A stretch of 24,455 nt of DNA from Chthoniobacteraceae bacterium. GTDB taxonomy: Bacteria > Verrucomicrobiota > Verrucomicrobiia > Chthoniobacterales > Chthoniobacteraceae. This document shows positions 18,798-24,455 of the stretch, piece after piece. The translations under genes and the position numbers were made by a program. The stretch covers positions 1-24,455 of the forward strand of contig JBEBGD010000084.1 in NCBI GenBank assembly GCA_040081625.1, written 5' to 3'. Each line of letters opens with the position of its first letter. Position 1 is the first letter of the stretch. A model generated the notes under the pieces. It was not told the DNA's origin. It ran no database searches and saw only the letters and a program-made list of their open reading frames with translations.

Positions 18798-19976
18798 TCA
18801 GTCCGTGCTCGCGGGCGGGAGCATCCGCGCGCGGCGGTCGCGCAACGGGAGGCGGATGGTGAAGGTGAGACCTTTGCCTTCGTCGGAGACGAGGTCGATC
18901 TCGCCGCCGTGCTCGCGCACGATGCGGCGGACGATGAGCAGACCGAGGCCGGTGCCGCTCGCCTTGGTGGTGAAGTAGGGCTCGAAGATCTTGCTCATCT
19001 GGTCGGCGGAGATGCCGCCGCCGCTGTCGCTGAAGGAGATGGTGAGCCACTCGTCCTCGAGGTCGGTGTGGATGCGCAGGAGGCCGTCCTGCTGCATGGC
19101 CTGGAAGGCGTTCTTGATGACGTTGTAGAAGGCTTGCTTGAGCTGGCCGCGATCGACTTCGAGCAGCGGGAGATCGCTGCGAAGCTCCTGCTCGACGAGC
19201 ACGTTGCGGTCGCGGATTTCGTTCTCGAGGAAGGCGACGCTCTCGGCGACGAGCTGGTTGATGTTTTGCGGCGCGAGGTCCAGGCGCGCGGGGCGGATGG
19301 CGCCGAGGAATTGCTGGATGATGGCGTCGAGCCGCTCGATTTCCTCGCGGGCGACATCGAGCGATTTGCCGAGGTCCTTGCGCAGCGCCTCGGGGGCCTT
19401 GCGCAGTTTGCGCTCCATGAGCTGGAGATGGATGTGGAGGGAGTTGAGGGGATTGCCGATCTCGTGCGCGACGCCGGCGGCGAGGAGCGTGAGGGCGGTG
19501 AGTTTTTCGGACTGGATGGTCTCGTCGGCTTCGCGGCGCGACTCGGTGATGTCGCGCAGGATGACCGCGTAGCCGACGTGCTCCTGCGTCTGCTTGCTGC
19601 GCTGGCCGGGCACATCGAGGGCGAGCGGGACGACGTAGAAATTGAGGTAGCGATGCTGGGGGTAGAAGACCTCCATGTCGCGGGAGATGACCTTGTCGCT
19701 CTCGACGAGTTTTTCCCACTCGATCCCGCGAAGCCGCTCGGTGAGCGGCCGGCCCATGCACTCCTCGCGCTCGAGGGCGAAGAGTTCGCACGCGGCGCGG
19801 TTGAGGTAGTTGATGCGCCCGGCGGGGTCGGTGACGATGACGCCTTCGTGGATGGCGTTGAAGATGGTCTCGAGGAAGCCCTTCTCGTCGGAGAGCCGCA
19901 GCAGGTAGCCCTGCACTTCTTCGGGGCGCACGCGGCCGATGCGTTCGATGAGCTTGTCGAGGAAGCCGGAGTTCAT
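18798..19976 (-). CDS. Cytoplasmic PAS-domain sensor histidine kinase (NtrB/AtoS-like)
   Basis: PAS (EGVIVTDPAGRINYLNRAACELF), H-box AAGVAHEIGNPL, N-box QAFYNVIKNA, DSGGGI, FEPYFTTKASGTGLGL. Confidence 0.95.
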   Translation of the reverse strand: MNSGFLDKLIERIGRVRPEEVQGYLLRLSDEKGFLETIFNAIHEGVIVTDPAGRINYLNRAACELFALEREECMGRPLTERLRGIEWEKLVESDKVISRDMEVFYPQHRYLNFYVVPLALDVPGQRSKQTQEHVGYAVILRDITESRREADETIQSEKLTALTLLAAGVAHEIGNPLNSLHIHLQLMERKLRKAPEALRKDLGKSLDVAREEIERLDAIIQQFLGAIRPARLDLAPQNINQLVAESVAFLENEIRDRNVLVEQELRSDLPLLEVDRGQLKQAFYNVIKNAFQAMQQDGLLRIHTDLEDEWLTISFSDSGGGISADQMSKIFEPYFTTKASGTGLGLLIVRRIVREHGGEIDLVSDEGKGLTFTIRLPLRDRRARMLPPASTD

Positions 19977-19994
19977 ATTGGAAGGGCGGAAGTC

Positions 19995-20073
19995 TTACTC
20001 ATACTCCTACTCCTACTCTTACTCCGTATCGGGTGCGCCATGGCAAGGAGAGTAAGCGTAGGAGTAGGAGTAG
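19995..20073. repeat. Inverted repeat built from hexamer tandem arrays (NTACTC)5 / (GAGTAN)4
   Basis: TTACTC ATACTC CTACTC CTACTC TTACTC (19995-20024) and GAGTAA GCGTAG GAGTAG GAGTAG (20050-20073). Confidence 0.85.
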
Positions 20074-20083
20074 GAACTCCGCC

Positions 20084-21622
20084 TCACCTCAGCGGGAACA
20101 CGCGGATGCCCGGGTGGAGGTAGATGACGGTGCCGCGTTCGCGCTCGAAGACGGCGTCGTATTCCTCGAAGAGCCGCGTGTAGAATTCGCGCCGCCGCTC
20201 GAATGCCGCGCGCTCGGATTCCTGCGGACGCAGCCCCGTGAGGAAGAATTTGCCGTAGTCGCTCTCGCTCACGGCGACGTGCGTGACGCCCATGGCGAGC
20301 AGCTCCTCGATCGTGCCGAGGTCGGCCACGAAGTCGCTCTTCACTCCCACGCTCCGCGGGGTGACGATCTTTTGCGGCACGACGCCGAGGCGCGCCGCGT
20401 GTTTCTTGCGCGCGGGATCGGGCAGCGGCACGCGGTTGTCCTTGGCGATCACGGCTTCGGGCGGCAGCTCGAGCTTGATCCATGCGATCAGTTCCCGCGT
20501 GTCGTCGCGCTGGAAGGCGTCGTCATAGACCAGCCAGCCGGGTCGCGAGTCGGTCCACGACGGAAACTGCGCGAGGATGAGCACTGCGGAGACGATGCCG
20601 AGCACGACGCGGCGCGGCCAGCGCGCGGAGAGCCACGTGGCGACGTCGCCGGCTCCGATCACCGCGAGCACGGAGAGAAATGCGGTGGCTGGGAGGAAGT
20701 AGCGGTCGTTCGACTTCGGCGAGCACGAGAGCGCGAGCGCGAACACGAACGGGAAGAAGCTGACGATCTTCTCGATGGTCGTGAGGTCGCGCCGATGCCG
20801 CCAGCGCGCGACGATGAAGACGGCGAGCAGCGCCCACATGACCGGCGTGGAGTTGTCCAGGAAGATGCTCCAATACTGCGCGTGCGGCACGCCGCGGGTC
20901 ATGCCGCCCTGCCCTTTCACGACCAGCTCGGTCTCCCGCGCGAAGCTCTCGCTGAACACGGAAGGCGACGCGAGCATCTGCCAGTTCACGGCGAGCAGGA
21001 CGCCGGCGAGGCACAGGCCCCAGGTGAGCCACGCCCGCGGCGGCGGGCGCGTGGCGAGCACGGGGATCGCGAAGACGAGGCTGACGACGCCGAGATACTT
21101 CCCGGAGATCGCGAGCGCGCACGCGGCGCCGAGCACCGCCGCGCGGGTGAGCTTCGGCTTCTCCGAATATCGCCAGGCCGCGAAGGCCGCGAAGCCGAGC
21201 CCGAAGAGCAGCGCGGCGTCTTCCTTGAAGTAATGCGAGAGCTCGTAGAGCTGGTGATGGGTCGCCAGCACGAGCCCCGCGACCACGCCCGCCCCGCGCC
21301 CGCGCCACCGCCACGCGAGCAGGCTCAGCGCGACCACCGCCAGCGACATGAACGCAGCCGTCGCATCGCGGCCCACTTCGACGACGCCCTGCTCGTCGTG
21401 AGTGTCTCCCGCCAGCGCCAGCGCCACTTTCACCGTCCCGAGCATGAGAATCGGGTGATGGAAATTCCACCGCCCCTCGCGCACCTGCTCGACCTTGCCG
21501 GGCTCGTCGGGGTGGTAATACCACGGGAAGTCGTTGTGCCGCGTGTTGAGCACGAAGCAGAGCGTGAAGAGCACGCTGCCCCACGCGGCAAGGAAGAGGC
21601 GGCGATTGATCGTGTGACTCAT
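20084..21622 (-). CDS. GT-C fold (PMT/ArnT, GT39/83-like) membrane glycosyltransferase
   Basis: ATG at 21622 overlapping upstream TGA; YHPDEP loop after TM1, SHYFKED, LAISGKY, DRYFLP; many TM helices. Confidence 0.8.
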   Translation of the reverse strand: MSHTINRRLFLAAWGSVLFTLCFVLNTRHNDFPWYYHPDEPGKVEQVREGRWNFHHPILMLGTVKVALALAGDTHDEQGVVEVGRDATAAFMSLAVVALSLLAWRWRGRGAGVVAGLVLATHHQLYELSHYFKEDAALLFGLGFAAFAAWRYSEKPKLTRAAVLGAACALAISGKYLGVVSLVFAIPVLATRPPPRAWLTWGLCLAGVLLAVNWQMLASPSVFSESFARETELVVKGQGGMTRGVPHAQYWSIFLDNSTPVMWALLAVFIVARWRHRRDLTTIEKIVSFFPFVFALALSCSPKSNDRYFLPATAFLSVLAVIGAGDVATWLSARWPRRVVLGIVSAVLILAQFPSWTDSRPGWLVYDDAFQRDDTRELIAWIKLELPPEAVIAKDNRVPLPDPARKKHAARLGVVPQKIVTPRSVGVKSDFVADLGTIEELLAMGVTHVAVSESDYGKFFLTGLRPQESERAAFERRREFYTRLFEEYDAVFERERGTVIYLHPGIRVFPLR

Positions 21623-23109
21623 GCCTTCCGCCGCAGCGCCGCGCGCACGATCAGATCCAGCGGCACGCACAGCGCGAGTGCGACGACGCCCCACACCGCG
21701 CCGAAGTAGCGCGGATTGTGACCACCGACGAGAAACGTCCCGAACAGATAGCTCACGGCCACGAGGACCGGGATGCCCAGCGGACGAAAGAACACCGGCA
21801 CGAGCGCGAGCGCGGACCCGAGCAGCGCCCACCACGCGAGAGGCGTCGGCTTCGCGGCGACCATCCGCGCCGCCGAGTGATAACGCTCCGCGTAGCCGTG
21901 GAGCCACTTCGCAGCCGCGGAGTCGGGATGCGGCGCGATCTTCCGCTGAAACTGCGCGTAGTCGGGCAACTCGCCGCGCAGCGCGAAGAGCCGCCGCACG
22001 CGCGTGGGCTTGTCCTTCACGTCGCGCTCATACTGGCGCTCGTATTTCTCCACCGTGTAGGCGGGCAGGAAGCGATCGGCGCCAAATTCGCCGGGGTTTG
22101 CCGAGGCGACGATCTTCCCGCACGCCAGCCCGAGGAAGCCGAGCGGGTCGCCGAGGATCGCTTCGCGCGCGAGGTCGCGGTAGATGCGATCGCGCTTCCC
22201 ATCGTCCTTCGCGAGCGCCTTCCACAGCGGCCGCTTGTCCTGCCGGTCGGGATACTTCACCAGGTCCTCGGCTTCATTGCGCTCCGCGCTGTCCACGCGA
22301 CGCGACGCGGGCACGAGGTCGGCGATCTCGGCTTTGTATTCCGCGTGCAGCGGCGTGCCGGTCCGCGTGATGGGAAAGGCGCTCGCATAGAGCAGCCACG
22401 CGCCTTGCGAATCCTGCCCGATCGTGAGGCTCAGGCCGACGACTGCGGCGAGCGAGGCCCAGTGCTTCGGGCGCAGCACCCGCCACGCGGCCATCGACAC
22501 CAGGCCGAGCGCGATCGCCGGCAGGAAGAACCGCCCCGCCGGCTTCGTGAGCAGCACCACGGCGAGTCCGGCGAAGAACCACCAGAAATTCCGCGGCACC
22601 GCCTCACCCCGCGCGGGCGCGAACGCCATCCAGCCCGCGACCATCCACACGACGCCGTGGAAAAAGACGCACTCGGCCAGAAGCTCGTGCTCATACCAGA
22701 GCAGGATCGGCAGGCCCGCGTAGAGCACCGTCACCGGCACGACCCACGCCTTCCAGCCCGCGAACGCCTTGCGCACGCAATACGCGAGCGGCACGAGCGT
22801 GAGCAGCCCCATCCCATGCTGGATCCACGCGAGCCACTTCAGCGGCGAGCCCGGCAGCAGCGACACGGGCAGCATCCCGATGAGGTAGAGGTAGCGGCGC
22901 TTGTCGTAGAGCGAGATCTTCCCCGTATCGAGGAGCTGCTCGGTGAAGCCGTAATACGACCGCGAATCGCTGCCCCAATACGCATACGGCAGATAGCTCA
23001 GCAGCAGCCAGCGCAGCACCGCGCCAAAGACGATCGCAGGCACGGCCCACAGCAACGCGTCGCGGACGAGTGGATGACGATGGAGGAAGGCGCGGAGCCG
23101 GGCGGACAT
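21619..23109 (-). CDS. Polytopic membrane protein, probable GT-C-like glycosyltransferase
   Basis: YWGSDSRSY loop after TM1, YEHELLAE, LTKP, NPRY; multiple TM segments; GTGACA-17-TAGAAG promoter-like motif 8 bp upstream. Confidence 0.7.
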   Translation of the reverse strand: MSARLRAFLHRHPLVRDALLWAVPAIVFGAVLRWLLLSYLPYAYWGSDSRSYYGFTEQLLDTGKISLYDKRRYLYLIGMLPVSLLPGSPLKWLAWIQHGMGLLTLVPLAYCVRKAFAGWKAWVVPVTVLYAGLPILLWYEHELLAECVFFHGVVWMVAGWMAFAPARGEAVPRNFWWFFAGLAVVLLTKPAGRFFLPAIALGLVSMAAWRVLRPKHWASLAAVVGLSLTIGQDSQGAWLLYASAFPITRTGTPLHAEYKAEIADLVPASRRVDSAERNEAEDLVKYPDRQDKRPLWKALAKDDGKRDRIYRDLAREAILGDPLGFLGLACGKIVASANPGEFGADRFLPAYTVEKYERQYERDVKDKPTRVRRLFALRGELPDYAQFQRKIAPHPDSAAAKWLHGYAERYHSAARMVAAKPTPLAWWALLGSALALVPVFFRPLGIPVLVAVSYLFGTFLVGGHNPRYFGAVWGVVALALCVPLDLIVRAALRRKA

Positions 23110-23189
23110 GCGCGCGCCTTCTACGCAGCGGGCGCGGCGCTGTCACGGCGAAGCGAAATTTTCCACGCCGGTGGTTGCCTCCCGCGAAG

Positions 23190-23207
23190 ATCGTGTTTAA
23201 TCACGAT
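23190..23207. promoter_or_regulatory. Palindromic candidate LexA operator immediately upstream of lexA
   Basis: ATCGTG-TTTAAT-CACGAT, 16/18 positions self-complementary, ending 2 bp before the ATG; TTGCCT -35-like hexamer at 23175-23180. Confidence 0.6.
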
Positions 23208-23209
23208 AC

Positions 23210-23857
23210 ATGCCTTTCACCGCCACCTGCGAACTTACCCCGGCCCAGCGGCGCGTCGCCAGCGCCATCGCAAAACTCCACGCGGACGGGCGCCCCGGCT
23301 TCGTGCCCGAACTGATCGAGGAACTCGGCCTCGCCGCCGAGAGCAGCCTCTCGCCGACGCTCCGCATCATGGAGCGCAACGGCTTCGTCGAAGTCCACGG
23401 CGGCGGCGCCGGGCGCGCGCATCGCGTCGTGCGGCTCACGGCGAAAGGCGCGCTCGCCATCGGCGCGGGCGGTCTCCCGGTGCTCGGCACCATCCCCGCC
23501 GGCCCGCTCGCCGAGGCCTTCTCCCGCGCTGAAGACATCGTCGAGCCCGGCGGCCTGCTCAAAACCCGCGCCGGCGATTTTCTGCTGCGCGTCCGCGGCG
23601 AGTCGATGATCGGCGACGGCATCCACGACGGCGACCTCGTGCTGCTGCGGCCCGACATCGGCCTGCAAGCCGGCGAGATCGCCGCCGTGCACGCGGGCGA
23701 GAGCTACGAGAGCACGCTCAAGCACGTCCACTTCGAGCAAGGCCAGGTGCGGCTGCGCGCGAGCAATCCCGACTTCGAGGACATCATCGTGCGCGCCTCC
23801 GACTGGCGCGGGATCGCAGGCGTTTACCGGGGGCTCGTGCGTCATGTCGGTCGCTGA
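23210..23857 (+). CDS. lexA: LexA-family repressor (S24 peptidase) with divergent DNA-binding domain
   Basis: LTPAQRRV winged-helix start; LPVLGTIPAG (Ala-Gly cleavage site), FLLRVRGESMIGDGIHDGDLV (Ser), STLKH (Lys), LRASNPDF. Confidence 0.9.
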   Translation: MPFTATCELTPAQRRVASAIAKLHADGRPGFVPELIEELGLAAESSLSPTLRIMERNGFVEVHGGGAGRAHRVVRLTAKGALAIGAGGLPVLGTIPAGPLAEAFSRAEDIVEPGGLLKTRAGDFLLRVRGESMIGDGIHDGDLVLLRPDIGLQAGEIAAVHAGESYESTLKHVHFEQGQVRLRASNPDFEDIIVRASDWRGIAGVYRGLVRHVGR

Positions 23858-24455
23858 GCTGCGCGAGCTGCTCGCGCGGAAATTCCCCGCCTCCGAGTCG
23901 AAGCCCGCGGGTGTCCTGCCGACCGGGCTGCAGTGCATCGAGGAGCTGCGTCGCGGCGCGGTGACCGAACTCACCGGCCCATCGAGCGCGAGCGCGCTCT
24001 TCATCGAGGCGATGCTCGCGGTGCTTCGGCGCGAACGCTCGTTCGGCGCGCTCGTCGATGCGGCGAACACCTTCGACCCGCAAGGCACCGAGTCCGCGCG
24101 GCTGCTGTGGGTGCGCTGCGCAAACGCGATGCAGGCGGTAAAAGCCGCCGACCTGCTCGTGCGCGATGGCAACCTGCCGCTCGTCCTTCTCGACCTGCAA
24201 GCGAGCCCCGCGCGCGAGCTGCGCCGCATCCCCGCGAGCACGTGGCATCGCTTCCAGCGGCTCGTCGAGCCGACGGGCACCGTCTTCGTCGTGCTCAGCG
24301 CGCAGCCGATGGTCGAAGGCGCGAAGGTGCGCATCGCCGTGCGCCAGCGCTGGACGCTCGCCGCGATGCGCGAGCGACGCAGCGACCTGCTCGCGCGACT
24401 CGACGCGCAGGTCTTCGCTCGGCGCGAGTTTTCCGCGCTGCCGCCTCTCGAGCGG
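23844..24455 (+). CDS. imuA: ImuA-like RecA-fold mutagenesis protein (3' truncated by window end; absent from the ORF track)
   Basis: ATG 23844, open to the window end: LPTGL..LRRGAVTELTGPSSASAL (degenerate Walker A), ALVDAANTFDP, RLLWVRC, KAADLLVRDGNLPLVLLDL, STWHRFQRLVE; overlaps lexA end. Confidence 0.85.
   Translation, partial: MSVAELRELLARKFPASESKPAGVLPTGLQCIEELRRGAVTELTGPSSASALFIEAMLAVLRRERSFGALVDAANTFDPQGTESARLLWVRCANAMQAVKAADLLVRDGNLPLVLLDLQASPARELRRIPASTWHRFQRLVEPTGTVFVVLSAQPMVEGAKVRIAVRQRWTLAAMRERRSDLLARLDAQVFARREFSALPPLER

Overview
High-GC bacterial chromosomal window. Gene content and style suggest Verrucomicrobiota (Spartobacteria/Chthoniobacterales-like); this is inference, not a database result. 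Housekeeping backbone: dgt-type dGTPase, stand-alone Lon N-domain protein, FGE/SUMF1-family protein, CDF transporter, purA, uppS, a sigma54 enhancer-binding protein, a class IV aminotransferase, an esterase-SMP-30 fusion, Gfo/Idh/MocA oxidoreductase, YceH, a thioredoxin-like protein, hemL, a PAS histidine kinase, two GT-C-like membrane proteins, and lexA-imuA running off the right end. Accessory material clusters at 12.5-18.8 kb: three toxin-antitoxin-like pairs and a decayed DNA methyltransferase-Mrr-type nuclease fusion whose middle is replaced by a lower-GC Mrr_N-like ORF. Most notable: (1) two copies of a 39-42 bp element inserted in frame at the same TT^CT target in that nuclease domain; (2) a divergent LexA with a palindromic candidate operator unlike the known Verrucomicrobia SOS box; (3) an NtrC-type activator with Glu at the phosphoacceptor position; (4) GTAG REP-like elements with covarying stems that supply the stop codons of convergent genes; (5) two intergenic hairpins built from tandem micro-repeats; (6) recurrent leaderless promoter geometry; (7) the first ~93 bp are an AT-richer nusA N-terminal fragment fused to an unrelated gene, probably a chimeric assembly end.
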